This document shows positions 55,131-64,000 of a DNA stretch of 64,000 bases, piece by piece. Origin of the DNA: an uncultured Pelagibacteraceae bacterium (GTDB taxonomy: Bacteria > Pseudomonadota > Alphaproteobacteria > Pelagibacterales > Pelagibacteraceae); NCBI GenBank assembly GCA_902634935.1, contig CACPMF010000006.1:521-64520 (forward strand), written 5' to 3'. Both the position numbers and the translations under genes were made by a program. Each line of letters starts with the position of its first letter. Position 1 is the first letter of the stretch. Below the pieces are notes generated by a model. That model saw only the letters and a list, made by a program, of their open reading frames with translations. It searched no databases and had not been told where the DNA came from.

Positions 55131-57308
55131 ATGCAAAATACTTATCAAGATTTAATTACAGATATACAGAGCAAAAATCCTGAAATAAGTGGAAAACTTG
55201 AAGGTGGAAAAAAATTTAAAATTAAGTCTGAATTCAAACCCGCAGGAGATCAACCTGAAGCGATTAAAAAATTAGTTAAAGGTGCAAAAAAAAATGAATT
55301 TAACCAAGTATTGCTTGGTGTTACTGGCTCAGGAAAAACTTTTACTATGGCAAAAGTTATCGAGGAAACCAATAGGCCTGCTTTAATCCTCGCACCAAAC
55401 AAAACATTAGCAGCTCAACTTTATGGAGAAATGAAAACTTTTTTTCCTGATAATGCTGTTGAATATTTTGTTTCATATTATGATTACTACACACCAGAAG
55501 CTTATGTTCCAAGATCAGACACATATATTGAAAAAGAAGCATCCATTAATGAACAAATAGATAGAATGAGGCACTCTGCAACAAGATCTTTGTTGGAAAG
55601 AGACGATGTTCTAATTGTTGCCAGTGTGTCATGTATTTATGGACTTGGTTCTGTTGAAGCATATAGTAAAATGACTTTAACTCTTCAAAAAAATTATGAA
55701 TACAATAGAGAGCAAATCATAAAATCTTTAGTTGCTTTACAATATAAAAGAAATGATCAGAATTTCTTTAGAGGAACCTTCAGAGCCAGAGGAGAAAATT
55801 TAGAAATTTTTCCCTCACATTTAGAGGATAGAGCTTGGAGATTAAGTTTATTTGGAGATAAACTAGAAAAAATAGAAGAATTTGATCCTTTAACTGGAGA
55901 TACTGTAAGAGAACTAAATCTAGTAAAAGTTTATGCAAATAGTCATTACATAACTCCCAAACCAACAATAGAACAAGCAGTTATAAATATCAGAAAAGAA
56001 TTAGAAATTACTTTAAAAAAACACAAAGCAGAAAATAAATTGCTTGAGGCACAAAGGTTGGAAGAAAGAACAAAATTTGATCTAGAAATGATTGAGGCTA
56101 CCGGATCTTGCGCAGGAATTGAAAATTACTCAAGATTTTTATCTGGAAGAAGGCCTGGTGAGCCCCCACCTACACTTTTTGAGTATTTTCCAGATAACAC
56201 TTTAGTTTTTGTTGACGAGTCTCATGTAACTGTTCCTCAACTAAATGGGATGTTTAAGGGGGATAGATCAAGAAAAAGTACTTTGGCTGAATATGGTTTT
56301 AGACTTCCATCATGCATGGACAATAGACCGCTTAAGTTTGAAGAATGGGATTTAATGAGAACCCAAACAGTATTTGTATCTGCAACTCCAGGACCATGGG
56401 AACTAGAGCAAACAAAAGGTCAATTTATAGATCAAGTGATAAGACCCACGGGATTAATAGATCCTGAAGTAGAAATAAGGCCTGCTAAAAATCAAGTCGA
56501 TGACTTAATGCATGAATGCAAAAAAGTTATTGAAAATAATTTTAGAGTTTTGGTAACAACACTTACAAAAAAAATGGCAGAGGACCTAACGGAATATTTG
56601 CACGAAAATGGAGTAAAAGTAAGATATCTGCATTCCGACATAGACACACTGGAAAGAATAGAAATTATGCGAGATCTTAGAATGGGTGTATTTGATGTTT
56701 TGGTCGGTATAAATTTATTGAGAGAAGGTTTAGATATTCCTGAATGTGCATTAGTAGGTATATTAGATGCTGATAAGGAAGGTTTTTTAAGATCAGAGAC
56801 CTCTCTAATTCAAACTATAGGAAGAGCCGCAAGGAATGTTGAAGGTAAAGTAATTTTATATGCAGACAAGGAAACAAAAAGTATTAAAAAAGCTATCAAA
56901 GAAACAGATAGAAGAAGGCAAATTCAAATTGATTATAATAAGAAAAATAAAATTGATGCAAAATCAGTTAAAAAAGAAATCAGTGATATTTTAGAAAGTG
57001 TCTATGAAAAAGATTACGTAAAAATAAGCGAAGGATCAAATATTGGGGGAAATCTTAAAAAACATCTTAAAGCTTTAGATAAAAAAATGAAGGATGCAGC
57101 ATCGAATTTAGAATTTGAAGAGGCTGCTAAAATTAGGGATGAAATAAGGAAACTTGAAAGCACTGAGCTTGAAATAACTTTAAATCCTAAGATTAGACAG
57201 TACGATGTTAAAAATAAGCTATATCCAAAAGGTAGATCCACTATGGGAATGCCAGGTACAAAAGTTACTAAAAAAAGAGATAAAAAATGGAAGCACGTAA
57301 GATCATAA
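55131..57308 (+). CDS. uvrB: Excinuclease ABC subunit B
   Basis: [33 protein letters not shown] domain. Confidence 0.98.
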   Translation: MQNTYQDLITDIQSKNPEISGKLEGGKKFKIKSEFKPAGDQPEAIKKLVKGAKKNEFNQVLLGVTGSGKTFTMAKVIEETNRPALILAPNKTLAAQLYGEMKTFFPDNAVEYFVSYYDYYTPEAYVPRSDTYIEKEASINEQIDRMRHSATRSLLERDDVLIVASVSCIYGLGSVEAYSKMTLTLQKNYEYNREQIIKSLVALQYKRNDQNFFRGTFRARGENLEIFPSHLEDRAWRLSLFGDKLEKIEEFDPLTGDTVRELNLVKVYANSHYITPKPTIEQAVINIRKELEITLKKHKAENKLLEAQRLEERTKFDLEMIEATGSCAGIENYSRFLSGRRPGEPPPTLFEYFPDNTLVFVDESHVTVPQLNGMFKGDRSRKSTLAEYGFRLPSCMDNRPLKFEEWDLMRTQTVFVSATPGPWELEQTKGQFIDQVIRPTGLIDPEVEIRPAKNQVDDLMHECKKVIENNFRVLVTTLTKKMAEDLTEYLHENGVKVRYLHSDIDTLERIEIMRDLRMGVFDVLVGINLLREGLDIPECALVGILDADKEGFLRSETSLIQTIGRAARNVEGKVILYADKETKSIKKAIKETDRRRQIQIDYNKKNKIDAKSVKKEISDILESVYEKDYVKISEGSNIGGNLKKHLKALDKKMKDAASNLEFEEAAKIRDEIRKLESTELEITLNPKIRQYDVKNKLYPKGRSTMGMPGTKVTKKRDKKWKHVRS

Positions 57309-58042
57309 TTACAGGTGGAGCCACAAGAATCGGGGCAGCCATCGCAAAAAAGTTATCCGGTAAAGAAATTGAAATTTTAATTCATTACAATAAATCAAAA
57401 TCAAAAGCCGAAAACCTAAAAAAAGAATTACAAAAAAAAGGTTCAAAAGTTTTTTTGGTCAGAGGCGATCTAAGTAAAGAAAAGGATGTGAATAAAATAA
57501 TAAAATTTGCTAAATCTAAATTAAAATTCTTTGATTGCTTGATTAACAATGCTTCACTATTCGAAAATGATAAAATTGAGAATTTTACAACTGATAGTTG
57601 GGGAAAACACCTAAGAACAAATTTAAGAACTCCCGCACTTTTATCAAAAATGTTTGCAAGAAATATAAAAGGAAAAAATAACAATATAATTAATATTATT
57701 GATCAAAGAGTTTTTAAACTAACTCCATTTTTTTTCTCCTATACTATAAGTAAGACAGGACTTTATACCCTTACTAAAACAAGTGCTATGAGCCTTGCAC
57801 CAAACATTAGAGTAAATGGTATTGCACCAGGCCCAACTTTAAAAAATGAAAGACAATCTGAAAAACATTTTAAAAAGCAATATATGGCAACACCCCTTAA
57901 AAGAAAAGTAGATGTAGAACAAATATGTAGTGCTGTTGACTTTTTTATAAAAAATAGATCTATTACAGGACAAGTTATTTCTATTGATAGTGGCCAAAGT
58001 TTAAACTGGCAAACACCAGATATAATGGGAGGAAAAGAATGA
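57287..58042 (+). CDS. SDR oxidoreductase, pteridine reductase/FolM-like
   Basis: [21 protein letters not shown], YxxSK, NGIAPG; near folB. Confidence 0.82.
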   Translation: MEARKIIITGGATRIGAAIAKKLSGKEIEILIHYNKSKSKAENLKKELQKKGSKVFLVRGDLSKEKDVNKIIKFAKSKLKFFDCLINNASLFENDKIENFTTDSWGKHLRTNLRTPALLSKMFARNIKGKNNNIINIIDQRVFKLTPFFFSYTISKTGLYTLTKTSAMSLAPNIRVNGIAPGPTLKNERQSEKHFKKQYMATPLKRKVDVEQICSAVDFFIKNRSITGQVISIDSGQSLNWQTPDIMGGKE

Positions 58043-58992
58043 AAAAATATTTAGGTATAGTTTTAGTTAGTTTGTTATTATGCACTAATCTTTATGCATC
58101 AAAGGAAAGTATAAAAAAAGATGGTTTTATAATACCGACAAATAAATGGAAAGATGAAATTAAAATTGAAGAAAAATTTGAAGTAAAGAGTCCTAAAGAT
58201 AAAATAATAATAATTTACAATCATGGTTCTAGTGTAAATGATGTTAAATCAAAAGATTGTTTTTGGATTCGAGAGCTTAGGAATTGGACTCAATTAGCAG
58301 GACAAAAAATTAATGATAAAGAAATTATGGTTTATATTCATTGTCAGGGCCAACTTGAGGGTGATTTGGGTGCTGAGTTGGGAAAAAGAGGAATGTGGAT
58401 GAAAAAATGGGAAGGACCTTATCCAGGAACCTCAAAAATGGATCGAAGAGTTGAAGGCAACTTGGAAGTTGTAAAAAAATTTGTAAACTTGGGTGTACCA
58501 AAAAAACAAATTTTTATATCTGGTCACTCTTGTGGTGGATGGACAACATTAAGATTTACAGCAAAATATATGAACGAAGTGGGTGGAGGCATATCACTAC
58601 TGCCTGCATGTTTTTGGAATTTATCAAAAAGATATAAAGTAAAAAAAGTTGGCTATGAAAAAGCTATGGAAAAATTTCATAAAAAGCATCCTGGTATGGC
58701 TCAGTGGAGGCAAGATCAGATTGATATAATTAAAAAGGGAAATGCACCAATTTTAATTTTCACTCATCCAATGGATCATTATGAGGGATTAACATCTGAC
58801 TGGATGGATAATGTTCCTAACTTTCAGAGAATTGTAATTTCTGAAAATAAAAAAATAAACGGAAAAAAATGTAATTTAGCTGGATCAGATTGGCAAGCAC
58901 CATTAGAGGAAGGTCATATTATCATTAAAGCAGATTGCTTTATGCATTATCACCCATTAATTAAAGAATATATTTCGTCAAGAATTCAATAA
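58039..58992 (+). CDS. Exported alpha/beta-hydrolase (dienelactone-hydrolase-like), substrate unknown
   Basis: Signal peptide, IYNHGS, GHSCGG nucleophile elbow, candidate Asp (HPMD) and His (EGH). Confidence 0.72.
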   Translation: MKKYLGIVLVSLLLCTNLYASKESIKKDGFIIPTNKWKDEIKIEEKFEVKSPKDKIIIIYNHGSSVNDVKSKDCFWIRELRNWTQLAGQKINDKEIMVYIHCQGQLEGDLGAELGKRGMWMKKWEGPYPGTSKMDRRVEGNLEVVKKFVNLGVPKKQIFISGHSCGGWTTLRFTAKYMNEVGGGISLLPACFWNLSKRYKVKKVGYEKAMEKFHKKHPGMAQWRQDQIDIIKKGNAPILIFTHPMDHYEGLTSDWMDNVPNFQRIVISENKKINGKKCNLAGSDWQAPLEEGHIIIKADCFMHYHPLIKEYISSRIQ

Positions 58993-58993
58993 T

Positions 58994-59419
58994 ATGAGAA
59001 AGAATAATTTAAAAGTTATTAAGATAAATAAAACTAAAAGCTTATTTAACTACGAAAAAAAAGTTTTAATTAAGGAATTAGTACTTGGATTAAAACTTGG
59101 ATATTTTGATTTTGAAAAAGAAAAACCCCAAAAAGTAAAATTTAATTTAGAGGTAAATTATCAAGATAAACAACCCTCAAATGACAAAGATATTAAATCT
59201 ATAGTTAATTATGCTAAGATAGTTAAATTAATAAAAAAGCTAGTAAAAAATAAACATTATAATTTTCTTGAAACATTGGCAGAAGATGTTTTTGATGAGC
59301 TATTCAAAGATAAAAGAATAGATAAAATTACTCTTCAAATAGAAAAATTAGAAATAATGAAGGATTGCAGCTCAGTTGGGATCCAAATTTCTAAAAAAAG
59401 AAGCCATGATCAGCTCTGA
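58994..59419 (+). CDS. folB: Dihydroneopterin aldolase
   Basis: [30 protein letters not shown]. Confidence 0.85.
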   Translation: MRKNNLKVIKINKTKSLFNYEKKVLIKELVLGLKLGYFDFEKEKPQKVKFNLEVNYQDKQPSNDKDIKSIVNYAKIVKLIKKLVKNKHYNFLETLAEDVFDELFKDKRIDKITLQIEKLEIMKDCSSVGIQISKKRSHDQL

Positions 59420-61241
59420 TATTGGTAAAGAAGTAATAAAAAAAGAATTACCCTTAGTCCCTAAGTTACCAGGAGTTTATCGAATGTTAAATTCAAAAGG
59501 TGACATTCTATATGTTGGTAAAGCAAAAAACCTTCCCAACAGATTAAAAAGTTATGTTTCAGAAAAAAATCATATCATTAGAACAGAGAGGATGCTCTCT
59601 CAAACAAAAAGTCTCGAAATTACAACTACTTCAAATGAGAGTGAAGCTTTACTTTTAGAAGCAAATTTAATTAAAAAATTCAAACCAAAATTTAATATTT
59701 TATTAAGAGATGATAAATCGTTTCCTTTTATTTTTATAGGTAACAAGGATAAATGGCCGCAAATTAAAAGACACCGAGGAAAAAAAAGTAAAGAGGGATT
59801 TTATTTTGGACCATTTGCATCTGCTGGATCTGCAAATTGGACTATAAAAATGATTCAAAAAATATTTCATCTAAGAATTTGTGATGACACTGTTTTCAAA
59901 AAAAGAGAGAGACCTTGCATACTTTATCAAATCAAAAGATGCTCTGGCCCTTGTGTTGGTTATGTAGGAGAAAGTGATTATAAGCAGACCGTAGACGATG
60001 CAATTGAGTTCGTATCAGGTAAATCTAGAAAAATACAAAAAAGTTTGTCTAATCAAATGGAAAGAGCTAGTGAGGACCTAGATTTTGAGAAAGCAGCAAT
60101 ATTAAGAGATCGAATTAAATCATTAAATATTATTCAATCATCGCAAAGAATAAATGAAGCTAATTTAATTGAAGCAGATGTGATCGCTGGATACAAAGAA
60201 TCTGGAAAAACCTGTATTCAAGTTTTTTTCTACAGATCCAAGCAAAATTGGGGTAATCAAGCATTTTTTCCAAAGCACGATCCAGACGAAAATTTAAATG
60301 AAATCATCAATTCTTTTGTCTCTCAATTTTATGAAAATAAAAGTGTGCCGTCATCAATAATTTTATCAAATGAGATTAAAGAAAAAGAATTAATTGAAAA
60401 AACACTCACCCAGAAAGAAGGTAAGCAAATTACTATTACTGTTGCAAAAAAAGGTACAAAATTAAAAGTAATAAATCAGGCAATAAGTAATGCTAAAGAA
60501 AGTTTAAATAGAAAACTCTACGAAAGTCAAAACAATAGAGATCTTTTCGATGCTGTATCGAAAAAATTCAATCTTGAATCTAATATAAATTTAGTGGAGG
60601 TATATGATAACAGTCACATTCAAGGAACAAATAGTGTTGGTGCTTTGATTACATACGGTGATGAGGGTTTTATTAAAAAGAGGTACAGAAAATTTAATAT
60701 AAAGATACAAAAAAATTCTCAAGATGATTATGGAATGATGAAAGAAGTCCTTAACAGAAGATTTAAAAGAGCTGTTCAAGAGAAAGATAACTACCTGACT
60801 TTCCCTGATTTAGTTTTAATTGATGGGGGCAAAGGTCAATATTCTGTGGCTAGAGAGGCTATGAATGAACTAGGTCTGCATGAAATCCCAATTATAGCTA
60901 TTGCCAAAGGTAAACAGAGAAATAGCGGTAATGAAACTTTTTTTCATAACGGAAAAGAATTTAAATTTGAAAAAAATGATCCAACTTTGTTTTTTCTTCA
61001 GAGAATAAGAGATGAAAGTCACAGATTTGCCATAAGTGCTCACAGGGCAAAAAGAAAAAAAGGAATAAGCAAATCTTTACTTGATCAAATTGAAGGGATT
61101 GGTGCTGTGAGAAAAAGGTCGTTATTAAATCATTTTGGATCAGCAAGGGCTGTTGAATCCGCCAGTTTAGATGAAATAAAATCTGTTGAAGGAGTTGAGG
61201 AAAAGGTAGCAAAAAAAATATATAACTTTTTTCACGAATGA
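59406..61241 (+). CDS. uvrC: Excinuclease ABC subunit C
   Basis: [34 protein letters not shown], HhH; start taken at ATG 59406. Confidence 0.97.
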   Translation: MISSDIGKEVIKKELPLVPKLPGVYRMLNSKGDILYVGKAKNLPNRLKSYVSEKNHIIRTERMLSQTKSLEITTTSNESEALLLEANLIKKFKPKFNILLRDDKSFPFIFIGNKDKWPQIKRHRGKKSKEGFYFGPFASAGSANWTIKMIQKIFHLRICDDTVFKKRERPCILYQIKRCSGPCVGYVGESDYKQTVDDAIEFVSGKSRKIQKSLSNQMERASEDLDFEKAAILRDRIKSLNIIQSSQRINEANLIEADVIAGYKESGKTCIQVFFYRSKQNWGNQAFFPKHDPDENLNEIINSFVSQFYENKSVPSSIILSNEIKEKELIEKTLTQKEGKQITITVAKKGTKLKVINQAISNAKESLNRKLYESQNNRDLFDAVSKKFNLESNINLVEVYDNSHIQGTNSVGALITYGDEGFIKKRYRKFNIKIQKNSQDDYGMMKEVLNRRFKRAVQEKDNYLTFPDLVLIDGGKGQYSVAREAMNELGLHEIPIIAIAKGKQRNSGNETFFHNGKEFKFEKNDPTLFFLQRIRDESHRFAISAHRAKRKKGISKSLLDQIEGIGAVRKRSLLNHFGSARAVESASLDEIKSVEGVEEKVAKKIYNFFHE

Positions 61242-61822
61242 GATTTAAATTTCCTAATTATCTAACAATTGGACGAATAATAATTGTTCCTATATTTGTT
61301 TTTACTTTCTATTTGCCTGGATTTTATGGAGATATTTTGCCATTTGCACTTTTTGTAATTGCTTCATTCACAGATTTTTTAGATGGTTTATTAGCCAGAA
61401 TCTATAAGGAAGAGTCTAAGCTTGGAGAACTTCTTGATCCTATTGCAGATAAAATAATAGTAGCTACTGCCTTATTACTTTTAGTCATGGATCAGACTAT
61501 AAAAAATTATGAAGTAATCGCAGCAATTATAATATTAACAAGAGAAATACTAATATCTGGATTACGAGAATTTCTAGCTAAAGGTAAAATTAAATTACCA
61601 GTTTCAAATTTGGCTAAACTAAAAACTTTTTTACAAATGTTCTCAATATCTTTACTTTTACTAGGTGATACTGGAAATAAAATTTTAAACTTTCAGGATT
61701 ATAATGCGCAAACAATTGGAATCATTCTTTTATGGCTCTCAGCTTTTCTTACTTTATATACTGGTTACGATTATCTGAGAAAAGGTATAGATCATGCCAT
61801 CTCTGAGGATAGCAAAGATTAA
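61238..61822 (+). CDS. pgsA: CDP-diacylglycerol-glycerol-3-phosphate 3-phosphatidyltransferase
   Basis: [18 protein letters not shown]...[20 protein letters not shown]. Confidence 0.95.
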   Translation: MRFKFPNYLTIGRIIIVPIFVFTFYLPGFYGDILPFALFVIASFTDFLDGLLARIYKEESKLGELLDPIADKIIVATALLLLVMDQTIKNYEVIAAIIILTREILISGLREFLAKGKIKLPVSNLAKLKTFLQMFSISLLLLGDTGNKILNFQDYNAQTIGIILLWLSAFLTLYTGYDYLRKGIDHAISEDSKD

Positions 61823-62700
61823 GCGGCTTTCTTTTTTCTTACTACTTTTTGATAGCTATCAGAAAGATCTAAAATTGTGTCACAAACTTTAAAGTTATGC
61901 TGTGCTATTTGAGAGACAGGTGTAACTTCTGCAGCGGTACCCGTTAGAAAACAACCTACAAAATTTGACATCTCATCTGGTTGAATTTTTCTCTCATTTA
62001 CTTTTATATTTTTAGATTTTGCGATTTCAATGACTGTCCTTCTTGTAATTCCATCCAAAAATGAGTCTGGAATTGGAGTATGTAACTCATTATTTTTATC
62101 TTTAAAAAAAACGTTTGCACCTGTGGCTTCTGCAATGTTTCCCTCATGATCCAACATAAGAGAGTCTGTGTAACCTTGAGATTCCGCTTCATGCTTTGAT
62201 AAAGTACAAATCATGTATAGACCCGATGCTTTTGTATCCCATGGTATTGTGTTAGGAGCAGGTCTTCTCCAGTTAGATATGTTTAATTTAATTCCTTTTA
62301 TTTTTAAATTTGGATCAAAGTAGGAACCCCACTCCCATGTAGCTATAGCAACATGAATTTTAGTTTGTTGCGCCGAGATAGCCATCATTTCACTTCCTCT
62401 CCAAGCAACAGGTCTTACATAACCATTTTGAACCTTTTGAGCTAAAATTATTTTATTGCTTGCTAAATTAATTTCTTCTTTAGAATATGGAATTTTAAAA
62501 CCTAATCTCTCAGCCGAATAAAAAAATCTATCAGTATGTTCCTCTAATTTAAAAATACTTCCATCATAAACTCTCTCTCCCTCAAATACACAACTACCAT
62601 AATGTAATCCATGACTTAAAACATGAATCTTTACATCTTGCCAATCTACAAGTTCATTGTTATACCAGATTTTTCCAGAGCGTTTATCGTAAGGTATCAT
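61819..62700 (-). CDS. ilvE: Branched-chain amino acid aminotransferase
   Basis: LHYGSCVFEG, KASGLY, EATGAN, LDGITR, GTAAEV. Confidence 0.93.
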   Translation of the reverse strand: MIPYDKRSGKIWYNNELVDWQDVKIHVLSHGLHYGSCVFEGERVYDGSIFKLEEHTDRFFYSAERLGFKIPYSKEEINLASNKIILAQKVQNGYVRPVAWRGSEMMAISAQQTKIHVAIATWEWGSYFDPNLKIKGIKLNISNWRRPAPNTIPWDTKASGLYMICTLSKHEAESQGYTDSLMLDHEGNIAEATGANVFFKDKNNELHTPIPDSFLDGITRRTVIEIAKSKNIKVNERKIQPDEMSNFVGCFLTGTAAEVTPVSQIAQHNFKVCDTILDLSDSYQKVVRKKKAA

Positions 62701-62760
62701 TAAAAAAATATTTTTTTAAAATATATTTGTATATATGATATGTCAATATAACTTACCAAT

Positions 62761-63204
62761 ATGAAAAAACTTTTATATCTTAAAGATCATGAGCTCAAAC
62801 AATATATTGAAAAAATATTTATGGGATATAGAGAGACTGTATCAGACGCCAAGAAGGTATTGGATAAATACTCAATTGGAGTTGCTCATAATAAAGTTAT
62901 TCATTTAATTTCATTATACGAAGGTATAACTATTTCAGAACTTTTAAAAAAATTAAAAGTAACTAAACAAAGTTTAAATCGAGTTTTAAAAGATCTAATT
63001 AAACTAAAGGCAATTAATTACAAAAAAGATGGGAAGGATACTCGTATTAAACACGTATATTTGACTGAAAATGGAATTAAATTATTTGATGAAATTTTTA
63101 GTTCACAAAAAAAAAGGTTATACAAAGCTTTTCTTAATTCGGATTCAAATGAAGTAGTAAGTTTCGATAATGTTTTAAAAAAAATAATTAATGAAAAATT
63201 TTAA
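62761..63204 (+). CDS. MarR-family regulator (PetP-like)
   Basis: GITISELL, TKQSLNRVL wHTH, DTR, LTENG. Confidence 0.88.
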   Translation: MKKLLYLKDHELKQYIEKIFMGYRETVSDAKKVLDKYSIGVAHNKVIHLISLYEGITISELLKKLKVTKQSLNRVLKDLIKLKAINYKKDGKDTRIKHVYLTENGIKLFDEIFSSQKKRLYKAFLNSDSNEVVSFDNVLKKIINEKF

Positions 63205-63868
63205 TGCACATATATTAGTCGTTGATGATGATGATGGTATCAGAGATCTGGTCAAACAATATTTAGATCAAAATAATTTTTTAGTTTCAACGGCAAATAG
63301 CGCTGAAGATGCTTTAGAAAAAGTCAAAATAATTAAATTTGATTTAATTATATTAGATATAATGATGCCAGGTAAAAGTGGTTTGGAATTTACTATTGAA
63401 AATAAGCCAAAATTAAATACACCTATAATACTTTTAACTGCCAAGGGAGAGGCATCTGAAAGAGTTGAGGGACTTGAAGTTGGAGCTGACGATTATTTAC
63501 CAAAACCATTTGAACCAAAAGAACTGATCTTAAGAATTAATAATATCTTAAGTAAAACAAAAAAAGACAATCACAAAAGAGTAATCGAATTTGGAAGTAT
63601 TAAAATAGATCTAAATAAGTTGTTCATCTATAGGGGAAGTCAAAATCTAAAAATTAACACTACTGAAAAAATTATATTAGAAAAAATGATCAACTCGCCT
63701 GGTAAAATATTTAAAAGAGAAGAAATAGGAAGACTGATAGATTTAGATAAAGAAAGATCAATTGATGTTATTATTACAAGATTGAGAAAAAAGGTCGAGG
63801 AAAACCCAAAAAGCCCGAAATATCTTCAAACAATCAGAGGAGAAGGATATGTCTTATGGATTGAGTAA
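63191..63868 (+). CDS. OmpR/PetR-family response regulator
   Basis: VDDD, LDIMMP, LLTA, GADDYLPKPF, RSIDVIITRLR, QTIRGEGY. Confidence 0.93.
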   Translation: MKNFNAHILVVDDDDGIRDLVKQYLDQNNFLVSTANSAEDALEKVKIIKFDLIILDIMMPGKSGLEFTIENKPKLNTPIILLTAKGEASERVEGLEVGADDYLPKPFEPKELILRINNILSKTKKDNHKRVIEFGSIKIDLNKLFIYRGSQNLKINTTEKIILEKMINSPGKIFKREEIGRLIDLDKERSIDVIITRLRKKVEENPKSPKYLQTIRGEGYVLWIE

Positions 63869-64000
63869 TTACATAAAAAATTTACTTCCAAAAAGATTAT
63901 TTTATAGAGGTTTATTAATTGTAGCTGTGCCTATTGTAGTATTACAAGTTACAATATCTTTAGTTTTTTTTGATAGCTTATGGATCAAAACAAACACAGG
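63849..64000 (+). CDS. EnvZ-like sensor histidine kinase, N-terminus (truncated by window end)
   Basis: Hand translation MSYGLSNYIKNLLPKRLFYRGLLIVAVPIVVLQVTISLVFFDSLW..., overlapping the regulator's end. Confidence 0.8.
   Translation, partial: MSYGLSNYIKNLLPKRLFYRGLLIVAVPIVVLQVTISLVFFDSLWIKTNT

Noticed and set aside
62701-62718. 18-bp palindrome TAAAAAAATATTTTTTTA between ilvE and the marR gene
   Set aside because: Low-complexity A/T runs; cannot be distinguished from chance

Overview
Very AT-rich, streamlined alphaproteobacterial chromosome segment. Gene content and order and the proteorhodopsin sequence point to SAR11/Pelagibacterales. It is almost entirely core genome with very short or overlapping gene junctions. 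In order: umuC tail, a GT2 + GT-C glycosyltransferase pair, dksA, GST-FNR-ferredoxin, a blue-tuned proteorhodopsin, a prpE-like ligase + SMR transporter, pyrC, ygfZ, fumC, uvrD, pepP, ligA-bamD-lpxC, the dcw cluster (with a MurE-MurF fusion, a degenerate FtsA, and ftsZ moved between mraZ and rsmH), rnpB, an amidase, mlaA-mlaC, tRNA-Ile2(CAT), tRNA-Val(GAC), rpoD-dnaG-yqeY, carAB, ELM1/GtrOC1 + 2OG oxygenase, trxB, aspC, uvrB-folM-like-hydrolase-folB-uvrC-pgsA, ilvE, and marR-ompR-envZ. I saw no mobile element, CRISPR array or prophage. The most unusual items are: (i) a perfectly base-paired tRNA-Val(GAC) whose near-universal D/T-loop elbow nucleotides are jointly replaced (A18, A48, A54, G55, U58, A60), starting 2 nt after the rpoD stop; (ii) the rearranged divisome locus; (iii) two translationally coupled hydrophobic microprotein ORFs after carB that are missing from the ORF track; (iv) a structured proteorhodopsin 5' region. 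All calls come from motif recognition by eye; no searches were run.
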